NCBI GenBank assembly: GCA_031423015.1
Contig: JANPER010000185.1
Coordinates: 38,026 to 102,025, forward strand
Source: Planctomycetota bacterium
GTDB lineage: Bacteria > Planctomycetota > UBA1135 > UBA2386
DNA length: 64,000 bases
Direction of reading: 5' to 3'
In this document: in pieces, positions 20,543 through 30,538 of the stretch
How the letters are laid out: each line of letters begins with the position of its first letter
Position numbering within the stretch: position 1 is the stretch's first letter
The notes under the pieces: model-generated
Told to the model about the DNA's origin: nothing
Database searches by the model: none
The model's input: only the letters and a program-made list of their open reading frames with translations
Made by a program: the position numbers and the translations under genes

Positions 20543-21562
20543 CTACCGCGTCAGCAACGCGAAGCCGCACAGCTTGTAGAGCACGCGCGCGCCGACGTTG
20601 GCGTCCCACTCGTCGCCGTCGGGTCCCGGTGACACCTCGTTGAGATCAAACCCGACGATGCGCCGGCCGCTCTCCACCAGGCGCGCGAGCAGCAACACGG
20701 CGGTCGAGAACGACAGCCCGCCTGGCACCGGGGTGCCGGTGTGTGGGCACAGCGCCGGATCCAGGCCGTCGATGTCGAAGCTCACCCACACGTCGTGCGG
20801 CAATGCCGCCAATGCCTGGTCGACGAGATCGCGCAGTCGCTCGCCCTCGGCAAGACGCCGCTGCCAGTGCAGATCGAAGTGCGTGATCACACGGCCGCCG
20901 CTCGCCTCGATCGCCTGCAGTTCTTGCTCACAGAAGTCGCGGATGCCGACCTGCACCAAGCGCTGCACCGACGGCACTTCGCGCAGCACGTTGTCCATGA
21001 TCGACGCATGGCTGTAGCGGAAGCCCTCGAACGCCACCCGCAAGTCGGCGTGCGCGTCGACGTGCAGCACGCCGAGCCCGGGGAAGCGTTCCGCCGCCGC
21101 CGCGATCGCGCCGAGCGGCACCGAGTGATCGCCGCCGACGACACCCGGCAGCTTGTTCTCGGCGTAGATGCTCTGCACCGCGGAGCGCACGCGCGCGTTC
21201 AGGTCGCGCATCTGCGACTCGATCGACAGAAGCGCCGCCGCATCGGTCTCGTCGGCCCCGCCCTTGTCGATGATCGGCGTCGCCAGCGCCACGCACCGCT
21301 GGTTGCCCGCGGCGATCGCGGCGTCGGCCTCGAGCATGTGGATCCCCCGCTCGTACGGCCGGCCGGTCTGCAGGTCGTAGAGGTCGACCTGGTGACTCGC
21401 GGCGAGGATGGCGGCCGGGCCTGCCGAAGCACCACGGCGGTACGAAGTGGTGGCGTCGAACGGCACCGGCACCAGCACGACATCCGCCTCGGCGCGCGCA
21501 CAGGTGAGACCGAAGATGCCAGCGTTGGGCGCGGCGGCGCGGTTGGGGTCGAAGGTCGACAT
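20543..21562 (-). CDS. arginase-family hydrolase (agmatinase/formimidoylglutamase-like)
   Basis: 339 aa. Mn-binding motifs GGDHS, HVDAHADL and SFDIDGLDP. Confidence 0.88.
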   Translation of the reverse strand: MSTFDPNRAAAPNAGIFGLTCARAEADVVLVPVPFDATTSYRRGASAGPAAILAASHQVDLYDLQTGRPYERGIHMLEADAAIAAGNQRCVALATPIIDKGGADETDAAALLSIESQMRDLNARVRSAVQSIYAENKLPGVVGGDHSVPLGAIAAAAERFPGLGVLHVDAHADLRVAFEGFRYSHASIMDNVLREVPSVQRLVQVGIRDFCEQELQAIEASGGRVITHFDLHWQRRLAEGERLRDLVDQALAALPHDVWVSFDIDGLDPALCPHTGTPVPGGLSFSTAVLLLARLVESGRRIVGFDLNEVSPGPDGDEWDANVGARVLYKLCGFALLTR

Positions 21563-21915
21563 GCGCGCAGCGTGCGCGCCGGAACTTGCAGGTCAAGGGC
21601 GCGGCGCCGGCTTCATCGCGCGCGCGGCAGCGGCGGCGCAGGGGGCGGCGCAGAAAAACGGTTCCCTGGCCGGGGCAAAACTCTCAGTCGGAAGGATCGT
21701 CAGGAGGAAGCTCGAGAGTCGGAAGAACGCCCCAGCCAGGGAACCCACCTCGTCTCGTCGTCGCAGGCCCATGCTGCCCACGACACAGCGCCTTCTAGAT
21801 TCCGGGGTGCCGGAAGTTTCATCTGCGTCGCAGAAAGCCAGCGCCTGGGACCGCGAAGCCGCCCAACTCACGCTTGCACCCGGCGATCCCATCTGGTGAA
21901 GTTCGCGCCCCTCGC

Positions 21916-21992
21916 GGCGGGATAGCTCAGCCGGTTAGAGCGAAGGCTTCATAAGCCTTAGGTCGCGGGTTCGAGTCCCGCTCCCGCTACCA
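21916..21992 (+). tRNA. tRNA with CAU anticodon (elongator Met, or Ile2 if lysidine-modified)
   Basis: Manual fold: GGCGGGA TA GCTC AGCCGGTTA GAGC G AAGGC TTCATAA GCCTT AGGTC GCGGG TTCGAGT CCCGC TCCCGCT A CCA. 77 nt with encoded CCA and a G1:U72 wobble. Confidence 0.85.
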
Positions 21993-21997
21993 CCGCC

Positions 21998-22435
21998 TCA
22001 CAGGCCGCTGCCGGCCGTTGGCAAGGCCGGTGCAGGTGGCCACAACGGTGGTTTGCCGCGCCGCGCGCGCAGCCAGTTGAGGCCGCGCAACACCGGGCCG
22101 CGCCGCACCAGGGCGCGTTCCAGGCGGAACTTGCCAGGAAACTCCAGCAGGGTCAGGCCGACCAAGGCGGTGAGCACGCCCTGTCCGGGCAGCACCAGCA
22201 TCGCGAGGCCCGCGAGAAAGAGCACGAGACCGAACAGGTTGCGCGCGATGCGCAGGGCGATGGCGAGCGCCGGATGGCGGTGCGGCACCGGCGGTCGCTG
22301 GCGAGTCACGAAGTAGTCGACCGGCAGCCGCGCCACGAACAGCGGCAACAGCAGGAGGGCCGCGAGCAGGCTGACGACCGAGACCGCCCCCGCTCCCCAC
22401 ATCCAGCTTTGATGCGCGCGCAGCCACTCGATCAT
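21998..22435 (-). CDS. small membrane protein (PGPGW-like transmembrane protein)
   Basis: Tail of ORF 21998..23662, from ATG 22435: MIEWLRAHQSWMWGAGAVSVVSLLAALLLLPLF...LAGLAMLVLPGQGVLT. ATGA overlap with the permease stop. Confidence 0.65.
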   Translation of the reverse strand: MIEWLRAHQSWMWGAGAVSVVSLLAALLLLPLFVARLPVDYFVTRQRPPVPHRHPALAIALRIARNLFGLVLFLAGLAMLVLPGQGVLTALVGLTLLEFPGKFRLERALVRRGPVLRGLNWLRARRGKPPLWPPAPALPTAGSGL

Positions 22436-23796
22436 GGCACGCCCTGGCCGCGCCTGCGGAACACGGCATAGGGCACGAGCCCCACCACGCACAGGCCGGC
22501 GCCGACCAGCGACGACCCCGGCGCGAGCACGATGGCGCCGGCCATCACCGCCAGGGCAAACAGGGTGAACAACGCCGCGATCAGAGGCGACGCGGCAAAC
22601 AACAGCGCGCGCGGTGAGCGCCGCGCCAGGCGCAGGAGGGCCAGGCCGCACAACGCGTAGAAGAACCAGTCGACGAACACCACGCCGTTCAACAGGAAGT
22701 CGAGCGTGCCGAGCGTGCCACGCGCGGTGTTGGCAAAGACGAGGTGCGCCGCCAACAGCATCGCCATGCCGCAGCCGCCTTGCGCCAACACGCCCACGAT
22801 CGGACTGTGGAACCGCGGATGCACGAAGGCGCACGCGCGCAAGAACAGGCCGCGCTCGGCCATCGCGTGCAGCACCCACGGCGGCGCCAGCAGGATGGTG
22901 TTCATGATCCCGAGCGCCGACACGGTGATCGCGCCGGCCATCACGCGCGCCGCGACGTCGCCGGCACCGAGCGGCGTCAGCGCGGCCCGACACGCATCGG
23001 CGGCGATCGTCTTGCTCTGCGCCGCAGCGTCGAAGCCGAGCAGATTCAGATACGTGAGGTTGATCGACACGTAGGCGATCACCACCACGACCACGCCGAG
23101 CGCGATGCCGAGCGGCACGTCGCGCAACGGCCGGCGCGCCGCGCCAGCGACGAACGCGCCCTGCTGCCAGCCGCCGAACGCGAACAACACCGGCAGCATC
23201 GCCGCCGCGATCGACACCAGCCACCCGCGCGGCGCGCGCGCGCTCGTGGGCGGCGCGGCGTGCCCCTCGCCCCACAGCAGCGCGATCACCACCAGGCCGA
23301 AGATCGCCAGCATCTTGAGCACGGTGAACGCGTTCTGCACGCGCGCGCCAAGCCGCAGCCCGAGCGCGTTGATCCCGGTGAACGCCGCGATCACGCCGAG
23401 CGTGATCGCCACGCTGCGCCCCGGCGAGTCGCGCGTGCCGCCGTAGAGCGCGACGTCGAGGTTGTCGACCATCACCAACCCCACCACCCCCAGCGCGCCG
23501 GCTTGGATCACCAGCCAATTGGCCCAGCCGTACAGGAACGCGGGCAAGCGCCCGAACGCCGCCTCGATGTACACGAACGTGCCGCCAAAGCCCGGGGCGA
23601 GTCGACTCAGCTCGGCGAACACCAGCGCGCCGCACAGCGCGATCACGCCACCGATCGCCCACGCCGTCACCAACTGCGCCTCGCCGTCGACCACGGCCGC
23701 GACCTTCTGCGGCGCGAAGAAGATGCCGACGCCGACGATACCGCCCACCACGACGCAGCCGATGTCGAAGGCACTCAGTTGCTTGGCAGACGTCAT
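22432..23796 (-). CDS. APC-family amino acid permease
   Basis: 454 aa with about 12 TM segments. N-terminus SAFDIGCVVVGGIVGVGIFFAPQ... Confidence 0.88.
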   Translation of the reverse strand: MTSAKQLSAFDIGCVVVGGIVGVGIFFAPQKVAAVVDGEAQLVTAWAIGGVIALCGALVFAELSRLAPGFGGTFVYIEAAFGRLPAFLYGWANWLVIQAGALGVVGLVMVDNLDVALYGGTRDSPGRSVAITLGVIAAFTGINALGLRLGARVQNAFTVLKMLAIFGLVVIALLWGEGHAAPPTSARAPRGWLVSIAAAMLPVLFAFGGWQQGAFVAGAARRPLRDVPLGIALGVVVVVIAYVSINLTYLNLLGFDAAAQSKTIAADACRAALTPLGAGDVAARVMAGAITVSALGIMNTILLAPPWVLHAMAERGLFLRACAFVHPRFHSPIVGVLAQGGCGMAMLLAAHLVFANTARGTLGTLDFLLNGVVFVDWFFYALCGLALLRLARRSPRALLFAASPLIAALFTLFALAVMAGAIVLAPGSSLVGAGLCVVGLVPYAVFRRRGQGVP

Positions 23797-23857
23797 CGCA
23801 GCGGCGGCATCCTACGCCGCTGCCGACGCGTCACGCCGGCGAAACACGTCGCGCACG

Positions 23858-24736
23858 TCACTCTTCCAAGCGGCCGAGCACTTCCTGCAGGTCCACCACC
23901 ACGCCGTCGTACTGCAGGTCGGCACGCAGACGTTGCACGCGCTCGCCGTGGCGATCGAGCACGTAGATCGCGCCCGCCGCGGCGCGTGCCAGCGCGATGG
24001 GCTCGACGAACGCGCCCTCGGGCCACGCCGGCAGCGGCCGGCGGGCGCCCGACAACGACACGCGCAACAGGTCATCGCCGTCGATCACCAACAGGTCACC
24101 GTCGTCGAGCCGCAACACGGCGATCGGCCGCGCCGCGCCTTCGCCGTCGCGCCCCAAGTGGACGTCACCGACATAGCGGCCCGCGTGCGTGAAGCGTTGG
24201 ATCACGCCGTGCAGCGTGTCAGCGAGCAGCACGCCGACCTCGTCGATCACCAGACCGCGCGGCGCGCCAAAGCGGCGATCGACCTCGCCAAACGCGCGCA
24301 CGAACCCGAGCGGCTCGCCGGTCGAAAGGTCGAAGCGCTGCAACCCGCGCAGCAGCTTGCGGTCGCCGCACGCCACCCACAGGACCCCCGCGTGCACGGC
24401 GACGGCGCGCGGGCGATCGAGCACGCCGACGCGGTCGCGTTCCACGGCGCCGGGCCCGCGCTCGACGCGCTGGCCATAGCTGAGCACCTGGCGGCCAAAC
24501 GCCGTGTAGCGCCGCACCAAGTCGTTGCGCGTGTCGGCCACGTACAGGCTGCAACTCGCATCGATCGCCAGCGCGCCGGCGTCGGTGAAGGCATCGCCCG
24601 GGTCGCGCACCACGATCCGCGACACCACGCGCCGGTCGTTGAGATCGATCAGGAACACCTGGCCGTGCGCCTCGCCATGCGCGATGCCGATCAGGTTGCG
24701 CAGGATCGCGATGCCGCCGAACACGGCCCGCACCAT
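23858..24736 (-). CDS. NHL-repeat beta-propeller protein
   Basis: C-terminal 293 codons of ORF 23858..25225, from ATG 24736. Repeated units ...PRGLVIDEVGVLLADTLHGVIQRF..., ...LDRPRAVAVHAGVLWVA... Start uncertain. Confidence 0.6.
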   Translation of the reverse strand: MVRAVFGGIAILRNLIGIAHGEAHGQVFLIDLNDRRVVSRIVVRDPGDAFTDAGALAIDASCSLYVADTRNDLVRRYTAFGRQVLSYGQRVERGPGAVERDRVGVLDRPRAVAVHAGVLWVACGDRKLLRGLQRFDLSTGEPLGFVRAFGEVDRRFGAPRGLVIDEVGVLLADTLHGVIQRFTHAGRYVGDVHLGRDGEGAARPIAVLRLDDGDLLVIDGDDLLRVSLSGARRPLPAWPEGAFVEPIALARAAAGAIYVLDRHGERVQRLRADLQYDGVVVDLQEVLGRLEE

Positions 24737-24808
24737 AGCGCGCCGCGTCGATCCACACGCGCCCAAGATCTGCCGGCACCCGCGCCGATGATCGGATAGA
24801 AAGCAGCT

Positions 24809-25204
24809 GTGCCTGTGCCGCATCATTGCCTGCGCGTCGTCGCCCTCGCGCTCACCACCAGCGCCTGCTCGGTGTTTCCAATGGCCACCAAGACCCCGTC
24901 GGTCGTCGAGGCGGCACTCGTCGAGTATGCGTTTGCCCCCGACGCGCCGCGCGCAATCGAGGTGCCCGCGTCGACCCCAGAGATCACCGTGTTGGAGTTG
25001 ACGGTGCGGCCGGCGCCGCGCGGCGAACGCTTCGAGCGCGGCCATCGCATCCTCCTGCTGCCGTTCGACTGCGAGCGCGCGACCTTGCACTGCCGCGTGC
25101 AGCGCTGGTCGTCCGCCGAGCCGCTCGATCTCGCGGCGCGACCGAGCGCCGCACTCTTCCCCGGCGCCAGCAGCGTGCGCTTCGTCGACGAGCCGACGCA
25201 CTAG
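24809..25204 (+). CDS. hypothetical lipoprotein
   Basis: 131 aa, GTG start, lipobox-like VALALTTSAC, non-shadow composition. Confidence 0.5.
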   Translation: MPVPHHCLRVVALALTTSACSVFPMATKTPSVVEAALVEYAFAPDAPRAIEVPASTPEITVLELTVRPAPRGERFERGHRILLLPFDCERATLHCRVQRWSSAEPLDLAARPSAALFPGASSVRFVDEPTH

Positions 25205-25291
25205 CCGGTCGTGGCCCAGCGGCAAGCGCCGGACAGCTCAGGGTAGAACGCGCGCGCGCCTGCCGCCACACTGGCGAACCCTGCCGTTCCG

Positions 25292-26224
25292 ATGTCACTC
25301 ACCCCTCCGCACCCGATCCAACCGGCGCCCACCACGCTGATCGATCCCGCCACCGGCCGGCCAGTCTTGATGGCGCCGGGTCGCCGGCTGCGACCGGTGC
25401 ACACCGCCGATCTCGACGCCGCCGGGCCCTGCCCGTTCTGTCCGGGGAACGAGGCGATGACGCCGCCCGAGGTCGATGCCATCCGCGCGCCCGGCTTGCC
25501 CGCGCCTGGCCCCGGCTGGATCGCACGCGCGTTCAACAACCTGTATCCCGCCGGCCCACTGCACGAGGTCATCGCCGAGGGCGCCGTGCACGCGACGCAG
25601 CCGGCCGCGCTGAGCGTCGAGGTCTGGCGCGCGGTCTTGGCGCTGTACCGCCGCCGCATCGCCGCGCTGGAGGCGCGCGTCGAGGCCGCGTTCCTGTTCA
25701 AGAACGTGGGCTGGCGCGCCGGTGCGTCGATCGCGCACAACCACACCCAGCTGCTCGGCCTCGATGCGCCGACGCCGCGCTTGGCGCAGATGATCGCGCG
25801 CCTCGCCGGCCACCCCGACTGCCCGCTCGCCCAAGACGTGGCGCACGCCGAACGCGAGGGACGCGCCGTGTTCGCCAACGCCGCCTACGTCGTGCACAGT
25901 CCGCGCGTGCCCAAGCTGCCGTTCGAGATGTGGCTGTCGCCGCGCGCGCGCGACGACGACTTCTTGGCGCCGGTCGACCAAGACGCCCTCGCGCAGGCGC
26001 TCACCGCCGCCTTCGTGGCCCTCGACCTCGCCTTCGCCGCGCCGCCGCTCAACTTCTATCTGCTGCGCGACCGCCACGCGCGCTTCCCGTGGCACTTCGA
26101 GTTCCAGCCGCGCACCGGCAACCTCGCCGGCCTCGAACTCGGCGGCGACATGTACATCAACTCGGTGCCGGCCACCGAGTGCGCCGACAAGTTGCGTGCA
26201 GCCCTGTCGCGATCAGCGCGCTGA
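25292..26224 (+). CDS. GalT-family (HIT superfamily) nucleotidyltransferase/phosphorylase
   Basis: 310 aa. Zinc knuckle CPFCPGNE and active-site HNHTQL (HxHxQ). Confidence 0.8.
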   Translation: MSLTPPHPIQPAPTTLIDPATGRPVLMAPGRRLRPVHTADLDAAGPCPFCPGNEAMTPPEVDAIRAPGLPAPGPGWIARAFNNLYPAGPLHEVIAEGAVHATQPAALSVEVWRAVLALYRRRIAALEARVEAAFLFKNVGWRAGASIAHNHTQLLGLDAPTPRLAQMIARLAGHPDCPLAQDVAHAEREGRAVFANAAYVVHSPRVPKLPFEMWLSPRARDDDFLAPVDQDALAQALTAAFVALDLAFAAPPLNFYLLRDRHARFPWHFEFQPRTGNLAGLELGGDMYINSVPATECADKLRAALSRSAR

Positions 26225-27379
26225 CGCCGCCTGCCGCGCCGCCTCGCGCAGGCCGGCTTGCAAGATCGCATCGTCGCCCGCCGCGTAGCGCAGCGTGTCG
26301 CTCTGCGTGACGTGCGGCGCCACGCCGATCAGTTCGATCTCCTTGGTGAACTCGCCGAGCGTGAAGGTCGGGAACATGAGCACGTCGTGTTCGCCGATCG
26401 GACGGAAGGTCGCGGGGATCACCGCGCGCGCGGTGTGCTCCCCCACCAACGTCGCCACCTCGTCTTGGCGCAGGCGGTAGGCGATCACTTCCTTGGCACT
26501 GCGGGTGTTGCGGTCGATCAGCGCCACCACCGGCTTGCCCGCGGTGCGCACCGCGGCGACGAGCGACGCCGTCGCGGCGCCATCGCCGCCACGGCCGCGC
26601 AGGTCGAGCACCACGGCGGTGCAGTCGGCGAACGACTCGGCCAGCAGCTTCTTGAAGTGCGCGTGCACGCCGCCGATGTGGATGTACCAGTAGTGCACGT
26701 AGCCAACGCGCTGACCCTCGTGCTCGAAGACCCGGGCGCTGGCCTTTGCCGCGCGCCACGCGGAGTATGTGGCGCTCACCACCTCGATGTCTTCTTGCGC
26801 TGCATCAGGTTTGCGTTGCAGGCGGAGCCGCACGCGCGCACCGTCCTCGGTCAACAACTGGTGGCGGGGCGGATCGGGCAGGTAGGCATCATCCGAGCTG
26901 CGATCAAGGCGATCGCTGACGCCAGGCGCACGCCCGTCGATCGCCAACACCCGATCGCCGCGGCGCACGCCCGCGACCGCGGCGGGGCCACCTTCGAGCA
27001 CCATCGCGACAAAGAACTGCCCGGCGTGCTGTTCGACCTCCAAGCCCAACGTCGGCGCATCACGCTTGCTCAGCTCTGCGAGCAGATGCGTGTGGGTCGC
27101 CTTCGACAGCAGCGCCAGGTGCGTGGCGGGCACGTGATGCAGCAGCGCGTCGACGACCACACGCTCTTCGTCGAGGGTCTCGGCCTGCTGCGCGGCGGCG
27201 CGGTAGGTCGCTGCCAGCGCGGGCCACTCCGTCTGTCGGAACGTCTTGTCGTAGTACGAGCGCTGCATCGCCGCGACCACGCCGTCGAACAGGCGGCCGG
27301 GCGCGTAGGACTCGGCGTCGATCTGCGTTCTGACGCTGCACGACAAGATGACGAACGCGATCAGAAAGTGGGTGCGCAT
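26213..27379 (-). CDS. S41-family C-terminal processing peptidase with PDZ domain
   Basis: Internal ATG 27379 of ORF 26213..28093: MRTHFLIAFVILSCSV... PDZ GVRRGDRVLAIDG. Peptidase core VLDLRGRGGD...DRNTRSAKEV. Its 3' end overlaps the convergent galT-like 3' end by 12 nt. Confidence 0.8.
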   Translation of the reverse strand: MRTHFLIAFVILSCSVRTQIDAESYAPGRLFDGVVAAMQRSYYDKTFRQTEWPALAATYRAAAQQAETLDEERVVVDALLHHVPATHLALLSKATHTHLLAELSKRDAPTLGLEVEQHAGQFFVAMVLEGGPAAVAGVRRGDRVLAIDGRAPGVSDRLDRSSDDAYLPDPPRHQLLTEDGARVRLRLQRKPDAAQEDIEVVSATYSAWRAAKASARVFEHEGQRVGYVHYWYIHIGGVHAHFKKLLAESFADCTAVVLDLRGRGGDGAATASLVAAVRTAGKPVVALIDRNTRSAKEVIAYRLRQDEVATLVGEHTARAVIPATFRPIGEHDVLMFPTFTLGEFTKEIELIGVAPHVTQSDTLRYAAGDDAILQAGLREAARQAASAR

Positions 27380-27473
27380 GCGTGCCGTCGACAATAGACG
27401 GGAACGCGAACGGAACGCGCAGCGGGGCGGCCGGCGGGAAAAGCCCCACACCGCCCGCGGCGCGGACGTTGCC

Positions 27474-29612
27474 CTACTGCAGCCAGGCGAGCACTTGCTG
27501 CGCGCGCTCGGCTGCCGCATCGGCATCGCGCGCGCGGCGTGTGTGGTCGGGAAGCACGCTGCTCCACGCCGCGGCGTGGCCGGCCGTGCGGTGCTGGCCC
27601 GCGGTCTGCAAAATCTCGGTGAGGACGCCCATGTGGGTCGGCTCAGCGCCCTCGACGTAGAGGCGCGCCGCCACCGCCAACGCGGCCGGATGGTCGATGA
27701 CGCGCAGCGCGGCCAACATCGCGGTGCGCGCGGCACCGTCGACGCGCTCGACGTGGCGAACGTGAAAGTCGACCAGCTCGGGGTCGACCAGCTGCGCCAG
27801 TTCGCGCGCCGCGCTGGCGACGGGTGGCTGCGCGCTGGCGGCGGCCAACAACTCGTGCGCGTGGCGTTCGAGCCGCGCCTGTCGCAAGAGCGCGTCGATG
27901 CGGCGCGCGTGATCGCGCCGGTCGACGACGCGGCCCAAGCGTTCGATGCCGGCGATCGCTGCCGCGGGATCGTCGCGCTCGAGCGCGTCGCGCGCCGCCC
28001 GCACCTGCAGCTCGACCAGACGCTCGCCCAAGCGCGCCGCGCTGCGGCCACTGCCGGTCCAGCCGAACGCGGTCTGCACCTGCTCCAGGCCAACCACGGC
28101 GGCGACGGGTGCTCCCCGCGTGACGTCTTCGAGGTTCAGCTCGAACGTGCGGATCACGGCGCGCGCCGCGACGAACTCCATCACGCCGGCGAGGCCGAGC
28201 AGGCAGCTCACGCTGGCGGCCGCGCCCATCGCGATGAGCCGTCGGCGCCGCTTGCGCGCGTACGCGCGGTAGCCAGTCTCCAAGTCGCTGATGCGGCGCT
28301 GCAAGCCATGATCGCCGGGCTGCAAGCGCGCAGCGCGCCGCAGCAACTGCAACGCGCCGGGGACATCATCACGGCACAGGTCGGCGGCGCCACGCCACAG
28401 CTCGGCGGCGCGGTCGACGTGGCCGAGCGCTTCCTCGGTCTGTGCCAAGCGCCCGAGCAACGCCAGGTTGGCGCGCAGCTCGGGGCGCGCGCACGCGCGC
28501 GTGAGCACCGCGGCGGCGCGTTCGGCCAGACCCGCCGCGAGTAAGCGCTCCGCCAGCGCGGCGGCCGCGGCGGCGTGTTCCAGCGCCTCGCCGTGCACCG
28601 CAAGGGCCTCGAGGTAGCGCTCGCCGAGCGTCAGGTCGTCAGGCACCAGCGCGACCGCTCGCGCGTAGAAGTCGACGGCGTCGGCCGGCGCCTCGCTCTT
28701 GCTCGCCAGGTAGCCGAGCAACGCCAGCTCGGCCGCCGCGTCCGCGTGGCGCTCGAGCCGTAGCAACACGTCGACCAAGCGCAGCCGGAGCACGGGGTTG
28801 TTGCGCTCGCGGTCGAGCGCGCGCCGCAGCAAGACCGCGGCGCCGTCGTCGTCGCCGTCATCCAGCGCCTGCTGCGCCATCGTCTCGATCTCGCTCGCGG
28901 CGCACGCCCGCGCGCAGCCGGCGAGCACCAGCCCCGCCAGCGCCTTCAGCACTTCGAAGCGCACGAAGGGCACGCGCTTGATCAAGGTGCCCAGGTCGGT
29001 GCGGCCGTCGAGCCGTTCCAGCAGCGCGGCCTGCACGTCGTCGAGATCTTCGGGCGGCTCGACGTCGAGAGCCACGAACACGTCGCGGTCGGACTCGACC
29101 ACGTTGGCGATCCGCTTCAACTCGTCGCAACGCCGCGCGCTCTCCATGAGCAGCGGGCCGACCTCCAGACGAACGGCGGCGGCGCGCTGCTCACTGTCGA
29201 ACACCCGCGGCGGCGGCGCCCCGTCGGCGAAACTGTACTTGGCCTCGGTCCAGCCAAGCAGGTCGTGCATGTGCTCGGCGATCAGCTCGCGCAGCGCGGC
29301 GCGGAAGCGGTCCTCGTCGACGAGGCCGGCGTGCGCCAGGACTTCGCGCAGGGTCTTCTTGTTCGCCCGCCGACGCTCGGTCGCCGTCTGCATCTGCGTG
29401 CTGGTGAGCAAGCCGCGGTGCACCAAGTGCTCGCTCAGCGGCAGGCCTCGGTTCGCGCCGAACGACAGGCCAACGATCGCGCCGTCTTTCAACTCGACGT
29501 AGCGACTGCCGGTGCGGCTCTCGACGTGCAGAGTGCCGCTCAAGCGGTTGGTCTGCACGTTCTGCAGCACGTCGGGAAGCCCGATACCCTTGAGATCGCC
29601 GGAGAACGTCAT
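27474..29612 (-). CDS. DUF4388 (PATAN-like) domain protein with long TPR-like helical region
   Basis: 712 aa. N-terminus MTFSGDLKGIGLPDVLQNVQTNRLSGTLHV matches the DUF4388 signature. One internal TM (LIAMGAAASVSCLLGLAGV). Confidence 0.8.
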   Translation of the reverse strand: MTFSGDLKGIGLPDVLQNVQTNRLSGTLHVESRTGSRYVELKDGAIVGLSFGANRGLPLSEHLVHRGLLTSTQMQTATERRRANKKTLREVLAHAGLVDEDRFRAALRELIAEHMHDLLGWTEAKYSFADGAPPPRVFDSEQRAAAVRLEVGPLLMESARRCDELKRIANVVESDRDVFVALDVEPPEDLDDVQAALLERLDGRTDLGTLIKRVPFVRFEVLKALAGLVLAGCARACAASEIETMAQQALDDGDDDGAAVLLRRALDRERNNPVLRLRLVDVLLRLERHADAAAELALLGYLASKSEAPADAVDFYARAVALVPDDLTLGERYLEALAVHGEALEHAAAAAALAERLLAAGLAERAAAVLTRACARPELRANLALLGRLAQTEEALGHVDRAAELWRGAADLCRDDVPGALQLLRRAARLQPGDHGLQRRISDLETGYRAYARKRRRRLIAMGAAASVSCLLGLAGVMEFVAARAVIRTFELNLEDVTRGAPVAAVVGLEQVQTAFGWTGSGRSAARLGERLVELQVRAARDALERDDPAAAIAGIERLGRVVDRRDHARRIDALLRQARLERHAHELLAAASAQPPVASAARELAQLVDPELVDFHVRHVERVDGAARTAMLAALRVIDHPAALAVAARLYVEGAEPTHMGVLTEILQTAGQHRTAGHAAAWSSVLPDHTRRARDADAAAERAQQVLAWLQ

Positions 29613-29659
29613 GGCCAGAGTGGTGTGCGCATTGCCCCACTGGTTGCTCTACTGGGCGA

Positions 29660-30538
29660 ATGACGCACGACGAGTGCATCGACCGCGTGTGCAGGTTCGC
29701 TACACTGCTCCGCGCTGCCGGCGGTGTCATGGCCGGTCCATCGATCGCCATGATTCGTTCGCCCCGCACGCTCGCCGTCATCCTGCTGTGGCTCGTGGCC
29801 GTATGGCCATTGGCCTTGATGGCGCTCGGCTGGCTCGACCCGGTGGTCGGCGTGCGCGTCGCCGGCGTGGCGACGCGCGGCGCGGGTTGGCTGCTGTGGG
29901 GTGCGTGCGTCGTCGGCGCGCTCGCGACGTTCCTGTATCCGCCGTTCGTGCCCGGGCTGCGCCTGCGCATGCAGAACGCCCGGCGACGCCTCGGGACACC
30001 AGACAAGCCGGTGCGCGACGCGTACGCGCGGTTGGAGCAACTCGAGACCGTGAACGATCAGTTCGCGGTGGGTCGCTTCCTGCGCGAGAGTGGCCAGCCC
30101 GCCGCCGCGGTGCAGCACCTGCTGCGCGCCGTGCAGCTCGAGGCCGGCCACACCAACGCGCGCTATCAGTTGGCGCTTGCCTACCGCGACGCGAACAACG
30201 CGCAAGCCGCCGCCGATGAGCTGCAGCGCGTGCTAGCAGCCGACCCGCAGCTGGCCTCGGGGCAGCCGTTCCTTGACCTGGCCGAGCTGCTCGAACGCGC
30301 GCGCATGCATGCACCAGCCGACGCGGTGCTGACGCAGTATCGGCGCCTGCACGGCGACACCCGCGTGGCCCTGGTGCTGCACGCGCGCGCGCTCGCGGGG
30401 CTCGGTCGACGCGACGCAAGCGTTCAACTGCTGCGCCAGGCCGCGGCGCCACCTGCGCCTGGCGTGCGCATCTCGCCGGCCGACGCGCACGCGCGCGCGC
30501 GCGCCCGCGTGGCCATGTGGTTTGGTGGCTTCCGATGA
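29660..30538 (+). CDS. membrane-anchored TPR protein
   Basis: 292-aa ORF. TM helices LAVILLWLVAVWPLALMALGWL and GWLLWGACVVGALATFLY, then TPR units (ARYQLALAYRDANNAQAAADEL). The true start may be ATG 29729 or later. Confidence 0.65.
   Translation: MTHDECIDRVCRFATLLRAAGGVMAGPSIAMIRSPRTLAVILLWLVAVWPLALMALGWLDPVVGVRVAGVATRGAGWLLWGACVVGALATFLYPPFVPGLRLRMQNARRRLGTPDKPVRDAYARLEQLETVNDQFAVGRFLRESGQPAAAVQHLLRAVQLEAGHTNARYQLALAYRDANNAQAAADELQRVLAADPQLASGQPFLDLAELLERARMHAPADAVLTQYRRLHGDTRVALVLHARALAGLGRRDASVQLLRQAAAPPAPGVRISPADAHARARARVAMWFGGFR

Noticed and set aside
21563-21915. A 350-bp region between the arginase-family gene start and the tRNA(CAU), with possible -35/-10 elements (CTTGCA ... TGAAGT) and short ORFs.
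   Set aside because: The -10 candidates are poor and I cannot validate promoters by eye in this lineage. The ORFs have shadow-type composition.
21916-21992. Whether the CAU tRNA is initiator, elongator Met or Ile2, and whether the G1:U72 wobble is meaningful.
   Set aside because: The anticodon stem lacks the three G-C pairs of initiators, so it is not an initiator. Met versus Ile2 cannot be decided without covariance models or comparison to the genome's other CAU tRNAs.
30484-30504. Alternating pyrimidine-purine tract including (GC)7 inside the 3' end of the TPR-membrane gene, just before the rhomboid start. It could be slippage-prone or Z-DNA-prone.
   Set aside because: It is short, encodes a plausible ARARARA stretch, and is compatible with the genome's composition. 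There is no evidence for phase variation from a single sequence.
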